DNA of 64,000 nucleotides from a candidate division FCPU426 bacterium (GCA_027452205.1 DAIDGV010000015.1:11111-75110), one strand, 5' to 3'; counted from the stretch's first letter, positions 27,677-37,703 are shown. The notes: generated by a model from the letters alone, not told the origin. Program-made: numbers and translations.

Positions 27677-28276
27677 TTATAACCAGCGCAATAAGATGAA
27701 GATACCGAACAAGATAAGGAATCCGTAAGGGTCCAACCGCGAGACCTGATAGGACCACTTGGGCGGCAGGATAGCCTTCAAGACCCAGGACCCATCCAAG
27801 GGATAGAGCGGAATCAGGTTAAAGACCGCCAGGACCACGTTGAGCCACACGAAGAACTGAAGGAACTGCATGACCACATCGATCATGACCTCATCCAAGG
27901 AAAAGTAATTCGACCCTTGAAAGACCAGGATGGCGATGAAGGAAACGATCGCCAGGATCAGGTTCATTATCGGGCCCGCCAAAGCGACCAGCGCGCCGTC
28001 CCGGCGGGGATGCTTGAAGTTCTGCGTCGTAATAGGCACCGGCTTGGCCCAGCCGAACAAAAAGGAACCCGGGGCCATGAACATAATGAAGGGAAACAAC
28101 AAAGTGCCGATCAGATCCACATGGGGCCGGGGGTCCATGGTCAAACGGCCCAGCATTCGGGGCGTGGGGTCGCCCAAGCGGGTGGCGGCTAAAGCGTGGC
28201 CGTATTCATGGAAACAAAGGGAGAACACCAACACTCCCAATTCCATCAAAGCCATAGCTATCTTGGATTCGATCAT
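27677..28276 (-). CDS. Site-2 protease family (M50) membrane metalloprotease
   Basis: HEYGH, FGWAKPVP, AGP..N, FNLIPLYPLDG. Confidence 0.93.
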   Translation of the reverse strand: MIESKIAMALMELGVLVFSLCFHEYGHALAATRLGDPTPRMLGRLTMDPRPHVDLIGTLLFPFIMFMAPGSFLFGWAKPVPITTQNFKHPRRDGALVALAGPIMNLILAIVSFIAILVFQGSNYFSLDEVMIDVVMQFLQFFVWLNVVLAVFNLIPLYPLDGSWVLKAILPPKWSYQVSRLDPYGFLILFGIFILLRWL

Positions 28277-28356
28277 TGCGTTTACTTTCGTTGGATTCGG
28301 CGGGACAAAGGCCCAAAAGAGGCACAACTTTAGCCGATTCGCCGGGTTCCTTCAAC

Positions 28357-29634
28357 CTATCCGGCTGGCGCGAAAGCCTGCTTGACCCATTGGATCACTT
28401 CTTTTCGGGACTTAAAACGCCCGTCCAATTGGCCGTTCAAGGCCTCCAACAGGATATAGGAATAACGGAAACCCGGTGGAATACCGAATTCTTTCAGGTC
28501 CCTTCCCCGTAGCCAGGGTTTGAGATTCTTCATTTTCAGGAAATAATCGGTCATCTTCTTTCGCACAGCCTTGGGCGCGGCGGCCAATAAAAAACATTGG
28601 ACCTCAGGATGCAAAGGCGAAAGCAAGCGATAGATCCGGCTGGGCGTGGTCTTTTTCGAGGCGATCTCTTTTAAAAGCGCGGGATAAGCCTTGGCGTGTT
28701 GAACAACGATCTTTTGCTCGTCCCGGGACAGCATCAAACGCTTGGCCAGGGCCTCTGCCTGAACAGGAGTAGGCGTTAGCAGCATGGCTTGGAACCAAAC
28801 CATTCCAGGCGAATCCAGATGTATCTTGTGATCATGAAAGAAGCCAAGGGCTTTGGTGATCTCGGGCAATAACCGGCGCTTCGAAGCGGAAAGACCCAAC
28901 GCGGGATGGACCATAGGTAAGACTCCTAACTTTCCCAGCCGGGCAATCGCCCTTTCGGGATGTTCTTCTTTGAAAATAAGCAAAAATTCGTTCCGGAGTC
29001 TTTCCCCGGAAACGGTGTTCATGGACTTTTGACCGATAGAGTCTATCAGCCATTTTTGTGTTTCGGCCTCGATGCGCTTATTAAATCTTTGCTCGAACCG
29101 TACCGCGCGAAAAACCCTTGTCGGATCGTCCACAAAACTCAAAGGATGAAGGGCTTTTACCCTCCCCTTCTTAAGGTCATTCAAGCCCTGATAGGGGTCC
29201 AAAAGCAAGAGAAAGGACTTGGGCGAAAGGTCTAAAGCCATGGCGTTGATCGTGAAATCCCGGCGGAAAAGGTCCTGGTTAATACCGCTCTTCTCTACAT
29301 CCGGCAGGGCGCCGGGCTGGGCATAGGTCTCGGTGCGGGCGGTGGCGATATCCAACTTGCCAAAACCCGAAATGATGACGATAGAGGTACCAAAACGGGT
29401 GAAAGCTTCGACCTTGGAACCGGTCTTGGCCGCCAGGGCTTGGGCAAAGGCCAGACCATCTCCCTCGATAGTGATGTCGATGTCAGGGCTGGTCTTTTTC
29501 AGGAAGAGGTCGCGAACAAAGCCTCCCACCGCATAGGCCTTCTCATTCCGGGACTCGGCCAAATAGCCGATCTGCCGAAAGAGTTTGAGCGTTTTGGGTG
29601 GAATAGCGAATGAATATTTTTTCATCTCAGACAT
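28357..29634 (-). CDS. Class II tRNA nucleotidyltransferase (CCA-adding or A-adding type)
   Basis: VGGFVRD, DIDI, ARTETYAQPGALPDV, DLFRRDFTINAMA, DDPTRVFRAVRF. Confidence 0.9.
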   Translation of the reverse strand: MSEMKKYSFAIPPKTLKLFRQIGYLAESRNEKAYAVGGFVRDLFLKKTSPDIDITIEGDGLAFAQALAAKTGSKVEAFTRFGTSIVIISGFGKLDIATARTETYAQPGALPDVEKSGINQDLFRRDFTINAMALDLSPKSFLLLLDPYQGLNDLKKGRVKALHPLSFVDDPTRVFRAVRFEQRFNKRIEAETQKWLIDSIGQKSMNTVSGERLRNEFLLIFKEEHPERAIARLGKLGVLPMVHPALGLSASKRRLLPEITKALGFFHDHKIHLDSPGMVWFQAMLLTPTPVQAEALAKRLMLSRDEQKIVVQHAKAYPALLKEIASKKTTPSRIYRLLSPLHPEVQCFLLAAAPKAVRKKMTDYFLKMKNLKPWLRGRDLKEFGIPPGFRYSYILLEALNGQLDGRFKSRKEVIQWVKQAFAPAG

Positions 29635-30022
29635 TAAAAACCCCATCAACCGAAAAGGCATTCTCAAAATGATGAACCTTCAGGAATCCCAAGAAATTCT
29701 TATCTGGGCCCACCGCGATGATGTCGAACCGGCAAGTGTTATAGGGTTGTTCATAGTTGGATAAAAAGACCGCCGCGGCCGCCGAAACCCTTTTCACCTT
29801 TTGAGGCGAGACTGCTTCAATAGGTGTGCCGTGAGAATCATCCTTACGGGCCTTCACCTCAATGAAGACCAGGGTCTCCCTCTTTCGGGCGATCAGGTCG
29901 ATCTCACCCTGGGGCACCCGGTAATTTCGCTCCAGAACTTGATAACCCCGCAGGCGCAGGTAAGCTGCCGCGCGGCGTTCCCCCATTTGACCTTTTTGAT
30001 AGGCACTGAGACTTTTTTTCAT
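29627..30022 (-). CDS. yraN: YraN family (UPF0102) endonuclease-like protein
   Basis: G..GE..A..YL, GEIDLIA, LVFIEVKAR, RFDI. Confidence 0.93.
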   Translation of the reverse strand: MKKSLSAYQKGQMGERRAAAYLRLRGYQVLERNYRVPQGEIDLIARKRETLVFIEVKARKDDSHGTPIEAVSPQKVKRVSAAAAVFLSNYEQPYNTCRFDIIAVGPDKNFLGFLKVHHFENAFSVDGVFNV

Positions 30023-30045
30023 TGGGGGGTCACCAACAAAATAAA

Positions 30046-32031
30046 TTACTCATCGCCGAAACCTTTCCTACCTTCTGGAACGTTCCGTGAAAAGGGCACA
30101 TATTTATTCTGGATCAAATAGTGGAAAAGGATCTCCGCGATCAATCGGTTGCCATAGAGACTATAGTGCGCCGCATTCGCCGGATAATAAACAACCTTTA
30201 ATGCGTTATAGGTATCCGAAAAGTCCACGAAAGGTAAATGATAGTAATCACCCAGGGCCTTCCAAAAGGTCACACAACATTCGTTCGGAAACAAGTCGGT
30301 CGGGACATAGTAGAGCAAGAATTGAGGCGCCTTTCCCGAGGAAGTCCTTATTTTTTTCAGTTTGGCATTCATCATATCCAGCCTTTGGCCGGTCAATTGG
30401 ATCAAGTCCTTCTCGATCTGCGCGTCGCCTGTGCAAAAAAGGCTCCACAACCCGTCGCCTGGGGAGTCTTGTTTCTCGGACACGGGTATCTTGAGGGCTT
30501 TACAGCGTTTTAAAAGGTCCGATGCGGGTCCGGTTGTGGCCCTTTGAGACAATGGTTTCAACAGATAATCCTGGTTGATCGTGCGGGAAGGGATGCCTTC
30601 CGATGTCAAGGGCTTATCATAATAGTCCTGGTAACCACTTCCTTCGGTCATACCAATGACTAGGTCAATATCGTACTTTTTGACGAAATCCGGTATGTCC
30701 TCATAAACCCAGGAACTTAGCGATTTTCCCCGACGTGAAAAATTGAGCACTTCATAGTGGAGCTTGTTGTCCTGAAACGAGGCCTCCAGGTTCAACTTGA
30801 ATTCCAACTGTTTACAGAATGTCTTCTGCATTGTGTTCCCTCCGGGGACTAGGTCCTCATCCAAGTGCTTTGCCGGATCGTCTGGGATGGGATAGACCAC
30901 GCAATTACGGGACCCGCCAATGGCCAAGATTCGGAAAGTGTTCTTGGGTTTCTTCACGGGATAATCGAAATCCATGTCGAATACATTCTCGACATGAAGG
31001 TCCCGTACGCTATCGATCTGTTGGTTGGAAACGATAAAGAACTTACGGGTATCTGCGGATGCTGTAGCAAACCCAGCTTTGGGGCCAAAACTAGGTTGGA
31101 TAAAAGACATCCCGTGATCCTGGTTGTCGAACGGGGTCCCCCATGGAGTGATGAAATGGACCTGCCGGGAAGGATTTCCGACCTCGACCAACGAACCCGT
31201 CTTATCAATACAGTAAAGCTTATCTCCCGTAACCGCTAAGGAGAGGACCGAGCTGACCGTCCCCAAAAGGGAAAAAGACCCTTTTCCGATCGGGCTTGAG
31301 GCTGGCGTCACCCACTCAAGGATAGAACCAAGGTCCCTGTCCGCCAAACATAGATTCCCATGAAGAACTGCCAGCTCCTTGGGATGAGGCATGTTAGCGT
31401 TATTTTGCAATACCACCGACAGAAGATTGCTTCTCAGGTCGAATCTTTCGACCTTACCATTGTCCGGCTCGGCTAGATAAAGGCTGTCATCCGTTGGAAT
31501 GTAGACCATGTCGGATACGCCGCCCACTTTGGTCAAAGTAGATACTTTGCCACCCTTGAGATCGACCATACGTATGGCCATGGATTTGTCGTCATAGACC
31601 ACAAGTCGGGTTGGTGATAATAAAGTCAAGAGCACTGGGTATTCAAAGGTCGCTAGGCTGACAGGTCCATCCTGGGTACCCGCGATATCGTTACCCGCGA
31701 TGGTCTCCACCCGGTTCATTTCATCCAATCGGACCACGCGGATCCGGTGATTGCCCGAATCGGCAACATAAAGAGATTCATTCTCTTCGTCATAGGCCAG
31801 GCCCTGGGGATCATGAAAACGGGCCCGATCGAAAGCTCCATCGGCGAACCCCGAACTGACCCCACCCGCCACAAAAGTTTGGTAAAAATCCATCGGTGCC
31901 TGGGCGTTTGCCATTCCCGAGAAGGGTCCATAGGCGGCACAAAAGGTCATCCAGATCATGGTTAGCCTGAAGGCTATCCGTTTTTTCATGTCATTCACCT
32001 TGGATTTAGACTGGGGGCTAGGCCGGCTCAC
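30046..32031 (-). CDS. Secreted NHL-repeat + SGNH-like protein (paralogue of 8843..10840)
   Basis: FHDPQGLAYD...LYVADSGNHRIR; DFDYPVKKPKNTFRILAIGGS; AAHYSLYG. Confidence 0.75.
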   Translation of the reverse strand: MSRPSPQSKSKVNDMKKRIAFRLTMIWMTFCAAYGPFSGMANAQAPMDFYQTFVAGGVSSGFADGAFDRARFHDPQGLAYDEENESLYVADSGNHRIRVVRLDEMNRVETIAGNDIAGTQDGPVSLATFEYPVLLTLLSPTRLVVYDDKSMAIRMVDLKGGKVSTLTKVGGVSDMVYIPTDDSLYLAEPDNGKVERFDLRSNLLSVVLQNNANMPHPKELAVLHGNLCLADRDLGSILEWVTPASSPIGKGSFSLLGTVSSVLSLAVTGDKLYCIDKTGSLVEVGNPSRQVHFITPWGTPFDNQDHGMSFIQPSFGPKAGFATASADTRKFFIVSNQQIDSVRDLHVENVFDMDFDYPVKKPKNTFRILAIGGSRNCVVYPIPDDPAKHLDEDLVPGGNTMQKTFCKQLEFKLNLEASFQDNKLHYEVLNFSRRGKSLSSWVYEDIPDFVKKYDIDLVIGMTEGSGYQDYYDKPLTSEGIPSRTINQDYLLKPLSQRATTGPASDLLKRCKALKIPVSEKQDSPGDGLWSLFCTGDAQIEKDLIQLTGQRLDMMNAKLKKIRTSSGKAPQFLLYYVPTDLFPNECCVTFWKALGDYYHLPFVDFSDTYNALKVVYYPANAAHYSLYGNRLIAEILFHYLIQNKYVPFSRNVPEGRKGFGDE

Positions 32032-32489
32032 TGCTGATCGGTGATCGAAATGGGGACCTTATCAAACTCGTCCTCAGCCTCATCCCAGACCTTCAGGACG
32101 AAACTGTCCTTCACATCATCCACCGTCCCAGACCATACCTTGCCCGGCGAGGTGGCTTCAAGGACTTCCATACCAAAGGCCGTGTTACGTACAGGGTCTA
32201 GAACAACCGTTTTACCGGTGGTCACGTCCTTGATGGCAAACTTGAGCTTGTGGATCTCATAGCTACGGTTCGAAAATTGGAGGCCGATAACATAAGGAGG
32301 TTGGCTGTTCCAGCCAAAACGAAAGACCACATCGGCAAAATGCTGCTTATCATCGTCCGGAACGGAATAAAAGACTGAAACTGTCTGGAATTTTTTCGAC
32401 AGATCATCCCCAGCTTGGTCCTGAGCCAGTAAGGGAACAGAGAGTGACCATAAGACACAAAGAATATAGCCCCACATTTCATTCTTCAT
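32028..32489 (-). CDS. Hypothetical secreted protein
   Basis: Signal-peptide-like N-terminus; 4-nt overlap with downstream gene. Confidence 0.65.
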   Translation of the reverse strand: MKNEMWGYILCVLWSLSVPLLAQDQAGDDLSKKFQTVSVFYSVPDDDKQHFADVVFRFGWNSQPPYVIGLQFSNRSYEIHKLKFAIKDVTTGKTVVLDPVRNTAFGMEVLEATSPGKVWSGTVDDVKDSFVLKVWDEAEDEFDKVPISITDQQ

Positions 32490-32617
32490 ACTTTCAACCT
32501 CATCCGGCGAATAAATCCACGTTAAATTCTAACCTTTTTTCGTTCTTTAAACCATTTTCCATTGGCATTGGGAGAACAAAACAAGACACTCGGGCCCATT
32601 CAGGCACCGATCCCGCT

Positions 32618-33592
32618 TTAGACCCGCAAACGGTCCCGTATCGCCCTGAAGACATCTCTCAATTTCCCCACTTCATTTTGGGTCAAGGCTTCCAACCCGG
32701 CCCGTTTGATCTGAAGCCCGGCTTGGTTCAATTCGCTCATGCTTTTCGCGGTTTCCAATTTGACCTTCCAGAATTCAAAAGGACCACCGTTGCTGCTTTG
32801 GGCCAGCACTTCCATCACCGGCGCGAAGGTCCGCCGGTGCTCCGGGCAGGGTCCATGTTCCTTAATAGCTTGAATGTGGATCTCGGTGCCATAGCCTTTG
32901 TGGCCATCAAAGCCATAGACCGGGTATTTCTGATGAAGTTCTTCCATGAGGCGGTCCCGAGTCACCTTGGCAAGAATGGACGCTGCCGCGATGCTGGACG
33001 ATAAAGCATCGCCATGGATGAGAGGTTTTTGGGAGATATGAGAGAGGGACGGCAGCGGCATGGCATCGGTTAAAAGGAAATCAGGCGAAGGTTTTAGGGC
33101 CTCAATAGCCCGCTTCATCGCCAATTGGGTGGCTTTATAGATATTGAGCTCGTCGATTTCTTGAACGCTGGCTTGGCCCACGCCGTAACTGACCGCTGTA
33201 GAGCGAACCAATTCAAAAAGTTCATCCCTTTTAGCGGGGGTCAGCTTTTTAGAATCATCGACACCCTTCAAAGCGCCCGTGGGCGGCAAAATAACCGCGG
33301 CGGCCACCACCGGCCCCGCCAAAGGGCCCCGGCCCGCTTCATCCACGCCCGCGACAGCCTTGTGACCTTTCAAGAAAGCCTCTTTTTCATAACGCCAAAG
33401 GGTCTCTAATTTTTCATTTTCTTTGTCGGCTCGAGTGGCTTTCTTTTCGAACTTCTCGATGAGCTTTTGCGCGCCCGGACGGGTGTCCTGGGAAAGAGCT
33501 TTCCTGACCCAGGTCAAGGCCTCTTGGACATCATTGATCTGAAGGGCTTTTGATTCAATTTCCGCTAGCGGTTGGTTTGGCAACAGGGGCAC
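32618..33592 (-). CDS. rnhB: Ribonuclease HII with N- and C-terminal extensions
   Basis: GVDEAGRGPLAGPVVAAAV, DSKKL, IAAASILAKVTRD, HKGYGT, HRRTF. Confidence 0.95.
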   Translation of the reverse strand: MPLLPNQPLAEIESKALQINDVQEALTWVRKALSQDTRPGAQKLIEKFEKKATRADKENEKLETLWRYEKEAFLKGHKAVAGVDEAGRGPLAGPVVAAAVILPPTGALKGVDDSKKLTPAKRDELFELVRSTAVSYGVGQASVQEIDELNIYKATQLAMKRAIEALKPSPDFLLTDAMPLPSLSHISQKPLIHGDALSSSIAAASILAKVTRDRLMEELHQKYPVYGFDGHKGYGTEIHIQAIKEHGPCPEHRRTFAPVMEVLAQSSNGGPFEFWKVKLETAKSMSELNQAGLQIKRAGLEALTQNEVGKLRDVFRAIRDRLRV

Positions 33593-35165
33593 CCTCGGTC
33601 GAATTAGCGCTCGGTATCGCGGCGGAAGATGTCGTATTCGGGGCGGCGGTCGGTACGATCGTCGGCTCAGCGGCCAAAAGCGTGACCGGAAGGGCGTCAG
33701 CGACGGTCCGGTCCACGGTCTTGAGTGAGGCGTTCAGAACGACCGGGTATTCTTTTTTCTCACCTTTTTTTGACGAAAGCTGGACGGTGATGGTCTTAAG
33801 CGCCGAGGCGGGCAAGGACCCTAATTCCCAATCCATAGCGCCATCCTTCATTTCCCAATTGCCGCTAGGGGCGGAGGCGGTGAGCGCCGAGGCCGAACTG
33901 GATGTGGTCGTGGCGACAGCGGTGGTTGATATTGTCGGAGTCGCTGTCACGATCGCGGAAGCGGCGCTTTCCGTGGCTGGCCCGCTTGGCACAGGGGTAC
34001 CTTTAGGCTTGTAAGGTTCCAACCCCTTTGGCATTGGCAGGATAAAATCGATGGGCACCGTAGCCTTGGGGCTTTGATTGAGCAAGGTAAAAGTTACCGT
34101 CCAAAAAGGATGGCTTTTGGACGGTTTTTCGGCCACTGTTCCCTTGAAAGTGAAATCATATTTGGTCGGAGCGCCGCCAACTTGGAACTTCAGGATGGTC
34201 CCATTCTCTCCGACCATGAAACCCGTGTCTTTATAGAAGGCCATGGCATTCAAGGAAGGTTTGCTATCGGGCTTCACGTGGGATATCCAACGGGTACCAT
34301 CGTAAAAAGAGATGGTGCCGTCCTGGCCGCACAGCCAACCGTCACTGTCATCTTTCATATAAATGTTATAAAGATCGAAGCCGGAAAAGGCGCTGCCCAT
34401 CTTGCTCCATGTCGTGCCGTTGAAATTGAGGATGGTCCCGAAAGCCCCCACTGCCCAGGCCTGCACATCGCTGAGGACCGACACCGAATTGAGCCTTTCG
34501 GTAGTGGGGCTGATGGCGCTGGTCCATTTTTGTCCATCGAACTTGAGCAGGAAACCCAGGTTGCCCACCGCCCATCCATTGTTCTGGTCCGAAAGGCTGA
34601 TGCTGTAAATATCGTTCGTAAAGGTCGTCGAGCTGGAAGGCCCCCCGATGGTCACCGGCGCCCAGGTAATACCGTTATAGTTCAGGACCGTGCCCGTGGA
34701 CCCCACCGCCCAGATGGTGCGGGACCGGGTGACCGCCATACCGTAAAGGATCTCGGTGGTCGGAGAGAGATCCTGGGTCCATTTGCCGTTGTTGTAATGA
34801 AGAATGATGCCGTGGGTACCGCCGATCCAACCCTCGTTCTCGTTATAGAACCCGATACTCATGAAGTTCTCGTTCTGTCCCAGCCCCACTTGGACCTTGT
34901 TCCAGGTCTCCCCGTCATATTGCAGGACCAATCCATTGTTGCCGCAGGCCCAGCCATTCTTCTTATTGAGCAAATAGACCGCGTTGATGGAATCGGATAC
35001 TGGGTTTTGCAGTGGGAAATTGGACCAGTAAATGACAGTGGAATCGGCGTTATCGGCGGAATCGACCTTGGAGGCGTTCGCCGGGGAAAGGGGGCTGACC
35101 GCCCCGCTGCCGTTGCAGCCGGCCAGGGGAAGGGCCATAAGGAATAGGAGTAGCAAACGTTTCAT
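33555..35165 (-). CDS. Lipoprotein with beta-propeller (YCF48/WD40-like) repeats and C-terminal Ig-like, T/A-rich region
   Basis: ATG 35165 MKRLLLLFLMALPLAGC lipobox; repeated GW.VG..G.IL.YDG..W. Confidence 0.8.
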   Translation of the reverse strand: MKRLLLLFLMALPLAGCNGSGAVSPLSPANASKVDSADNADSTVIYWSNFPLQNPVSDSINAVYLLNKKNGWACGNNGLVLQYDGETWNKVQVGLGQNENFMSIGFYNENEGWIGGTHGIILHYNNGKWTQDLSPTTEILYGMAVTRSRTIWAVGSTGTVLNYNGITWAPVTIGGPSSSTTFTNDIYSISLSDQNNGWAVGNLGFLLKFDGQKWTSAISPTTERLNSVSVLSDVQAWAVGAFGTILNFNGTTWSKMGSAFSGFDLYNIYMKDDSDGWLCGQDGTISFYDGTRWISHVKPDSKPSLNAMAFYKDTGFMVGENGTILKFQVGGAPTKYDFTFKGTVAEKPSKSHPFWTVTFTLLNQSPKATVPIDFILPMPKGLEPYKPKGTPVPSGPATESAASAIVTATPTISTTAVATTTSSSASALTASAPSGNWEMKDGAMDWELGSLPASALKTITVQLSSKKGEKKEYPVVLNASLKTVDRTVADALPVTLLAAEPTIVPTAAPNTTSSAAIPSANSTEGAPVAKPTASGN

Positions 35166-35220
35166 GGCGCATATCCTACCCTCACCTACCCGAAGTCGCA
35201 AGAATGGCAGGAGCTGAAAC

Positions 35221-35252
35221 AAAAAAACCGCCCCAGGAAACTGGGGCGGTTT
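35221..35252 (-). terminator. Intrinsic terminator after rplS
   Basis: AAAAAAACCGCCCCAG-GAAA-CTGGGGCGGTTT. Confidence 0.9.
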
Positions 35253-35277
35253 GATTTATAAAACAAATTCCGGCTGA

Positions 35278-35712
35278 TTAGGCCTTGGTTTCCTCGGCAG
35301 CAGCGGCCGGAGCTTCGGCTTGAGCCGATTCCACGGCGCCTTCTTGAGGAACCTTCGCGCCCTTCTTGTTTTCTTGGATGCGGGCATCCTTCTTGTTGAG
35401 CTTGCCGCGCAGGTAGAACAACTTGGCCCGGCGGACTTTACCCGAACGGGTCACCTTGACTTCTTTGACCATCGGCGATTGATAGTAGAAGGTCTTCTCG
35501 ACGCCGACGCCGTAAGAGATCTTGCGAACGGTGAACTTCATCTTCGCGCCCTTGTTCTGGATGGCCGTGACCACGCCTTCATAGGCCTGGATACGTTCCT
35601 TCTCGCCTTCCTTGATGCGGAGGGACACCTTCACGGTATCGCCCACGCGGAAAGGGGCCGCGCCTTTGCGGATAATTTGGCTTTCTTCGATTTTCTTGAT
35701 AATTGCGTTCAT
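35278..35712 (-). CDS. rplS: 50S ribosomal protein L19
   Basis: [46 protein letters not shown]. Confidence 0.98.
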   Translation of the reverse strand: MNAIIKKIEESQIIRKGAAPFRVGDTVKVSLRIKEGEKERIQAYEGVVTAIQNKGAKMKFTVRKISYGVGVEKTFYYQSPMVKEVKVTRSGKVRRAKLFYLRGKLNKKDARIQENKKGAKVPQEGAVESAQAEAPAAAAEETKA

Positions 35713-35774
35713 CTTCGTCTCCTGCTTCTTTCAACTGCCAAGGTCATTGGCAAAATTTAACGGAACATTTCGGG

Positions 35775-36524
35775 CTATTCGCCCTTTTGGATCTCTTTTT
35801 CGATCTCGATCAAGAGCTTCCGGTCCCCCTCCGTCAGGGTGACCTTTTGTAAAAGGTCGGGTCTTTTCAGAAGCGTGTTCTTTAAAGACTCTTTTCGGCG
35901 CCACCGCTCGATATGAGCATGGTTTCCGTTCATCAACACATCCGGTACGTCCATCCCCCGGTAAGAGCGGGGACGAGTATAGTGCGGATAGTCCAACAAT
36001 CCATTAAAAAAGCTGTCCTTCTCAACGGATTCCTGGTCTCCCACAACGCCCGGTAGGAACCGCACCAGGGCGTCCACAATCACCGCTGCGGCGGATTCCC
36101 CGCCGGTAAGGACAAAATCCCCGAGACTGATCTCCTCGTCGATCTTCCCCATCACCCTTTCGTCCAGGCCCTCATAGTGGCCGCACACGAAAAGGAGCGA
36201 CTTCTCTTTAGCCAGTCGCTGGGCTACGGCTTGGTCAAACTTCTTTCCCTGGGGGGAAAGGAAAATCGTCCTTACCTTCTTGCGCCCCTTCTTGATGTCG
36301 GCCATGGCCTTCAACAAGGGTTCGGGCTTCATCACCATCCCGGCGCCGCCCCCATAGGGCACGTCGTCGGTGGTGCGGTGCTTATCGTTCGCCCAATCGC
36401 GAAGCTGATGCAGCCGGATGTCCAGCGCCTTCTTCGCCACCGCGCGTTTGACCATGCTGACCGTAAAAGGCCCCTCGAAGTACTCGGGAAACAGCGTCAG
36501 GATGTCAATCCGCGGTTTGTTCAT
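35775..36524 (-). CDS. trmD: tRNA (m1G37) methyltransferase
   Basis: LTLFPE, DDVPYGGGAGMVMK, CGHYEGLDER, SLGDFVLTGGE, YPHYTRP. Confidence 0.97.
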   Translation of the reverse strand: MNKPRIDILTLFPEYFEGPFTVSMVKRAVAKKALDIRLHQLRDWANDKHRTTDDVPYGGGAGMVMKPEPLLKAMADIKKGRKKVRTIFLSPQGKKFDQAVAQRLAKEKSLLFVCGHYEGLDERVMGKIDEEISLGDFVLTGGESAAAVIVDALVRFLPGVVGDQESVEKDSFFNGLLDYPHYTRPRSYRGMDVPDVLMNGNHAHIERWRRKESLKNTLLKRPDLLQKVTLTEGDRKLLIEIEKEIQKGE

Positions 36525-37065
36525 CGATCTCTTCCGGCAGATCCACCACTAGTTTCCGGGCCTTCAGATCGATCTTCCCGATGATCGATTTCAAAGCCGG
36601 GATCAAAACTTCCCTTCCATTGGCCCGCACAACCAGCACCGCGTTGGCCACGCCTTCCATCACTTCTTCAACCTTGCCCAAAGAACGACCGTCAGTGTTC
36701 TCCACCGTCATGTCCAGCAGATCATCGATATAGAAGTGATCCTCGGGCAGTTCTTCTCGTTCCGCCGAGGGAATCGCGACAACTACACCTCGAAGGGATT
36801 CCGCTTCTTCGGTTCCCTGCACTTCTTTGAATCGGACCACCACATCACCATCGTTATGCACGAAGCCCCGCATGACCGAGACCCGTTTCAATTCTTTTCC
36901 GTTCTTCACCAACCTCAAACTCTTGCAAGAGGTCAATCGTTCCAACCCAGAGCAGGTAAGGTTGATCTTCACCTCGCCCTTAAGCCCGTGGGGCCGGACA
37001 ATGGTCCCCAGCACGATGAAATCACCGGCGGGGCTGACGTTTGAAGGTTCGGGAGTGTTACTCAA
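36505..37065 (-). CDS. rimM: Ribosome maturation factor RimM
   Basis: GTIVRPHGLKGEVK, FYIDDL, EVLIP; operon context. Confidence 0.93.
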   Translation of the reverse strand: MSNTPEPSNVSPAGDFIVLGTIVRPHGLKGEVKINLTCSGLERLTSCKSLRLVKNGKELKRVSVMRGFVHNDGDVVVRFKEVQGTEEAESLRGVVVAIPSAEREELPEDHFYIDDLLDMTVENTDGRSLGKVEEVMEGVANAVLVVRANGREVLIPALKSIIGKIDLKARKLVVDLPEEIDEQTAD

Positions 37066-37288
37066 CGACTTCGAGAGAGTACTTCAAACCATGCTTGGCG
37101 CAGGAAGCCGAGACCAAGGTGCGGAGCGCCTTGATGGTACGGCCTTGCTTGCCGATGATCTTGCCGTAATCTTCCTTGGACACACGCAGTTCCAAGACCG
37201 TCAAATTACCTTCCAACCTTTGCTCGATGCCCACGTTCTCCGGCTTATCGACCAGCGACTTGGCCACGAACTCGATCAATTCTTTCAT
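37058..37288 (-). CDS. khpA: KH-domain RNA-binding protein KhpA
   Basis: MKELIEFVAKSLVDKPE, DYGKIIGKQGRTIKALR; ATG 37288 with GAGG upstream. Confidence 0.93.
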   Translation of the reverse strand: MKELIEFVAKSLVDKPENVGIEQRLEGNLTVLELRVSKEDYGKIIGKQGRTIKALRTLVSASCAKHGLKYSLEVVE

Positions 37289-37451
37289 TCTGAACCTCGC
37301 CAAGAGCCCAAAGCCCTTGCTTGTATTTGCTAGTTAACAGTGTGCTAAAAATTGCCTTTCACACTGTCGACGGCCATGAGTTAGGAGCAAATCTTTAAAT
37401 TTGCGACACATATACGAAAAAGTCCGCTCCTTAGACTTTTTCACCCTTCCG

Positions 37452-37703
37452 TCAGAGAGCGACGCCAGCTTTGGTCAAGATGGTTTGAACGGAGTCCGTC
37501 GGGACCGCACCCTTCTTCACCCATTCAGCGATAGCTTCTTTTTTCAGGTTGAGAACTTGGTTCTCTTCTTTAGCGCGCGGGTTGTAAGTACCCAGATCTT
37601 GGATACGACGGCCTTTGCCCGAGAATTGGGAATCTAAAACCACGATGCGATACGTCGGTTTCTTATTGCTGCCCATGCGTTTTAAACGGATCTTCAGTGC
37701 CAC
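37452..37703 (-). CDS. rpsP: 30S ribosomal protein S16
   Basis: GTG start after AGGAGG; KIRLKRMG..KKPTYRIVV, LGTYNP, KGAVPTDSV. Confidence 0.96.
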   Translation of the reverse strand: MALKIRLKRMGSNKKPTYRIVVLDSQFSGKGRRIQDLGTYNPRAKEENQVLNLKKEAIAEWVKKGAVPTDSVQTILTKAGVAL

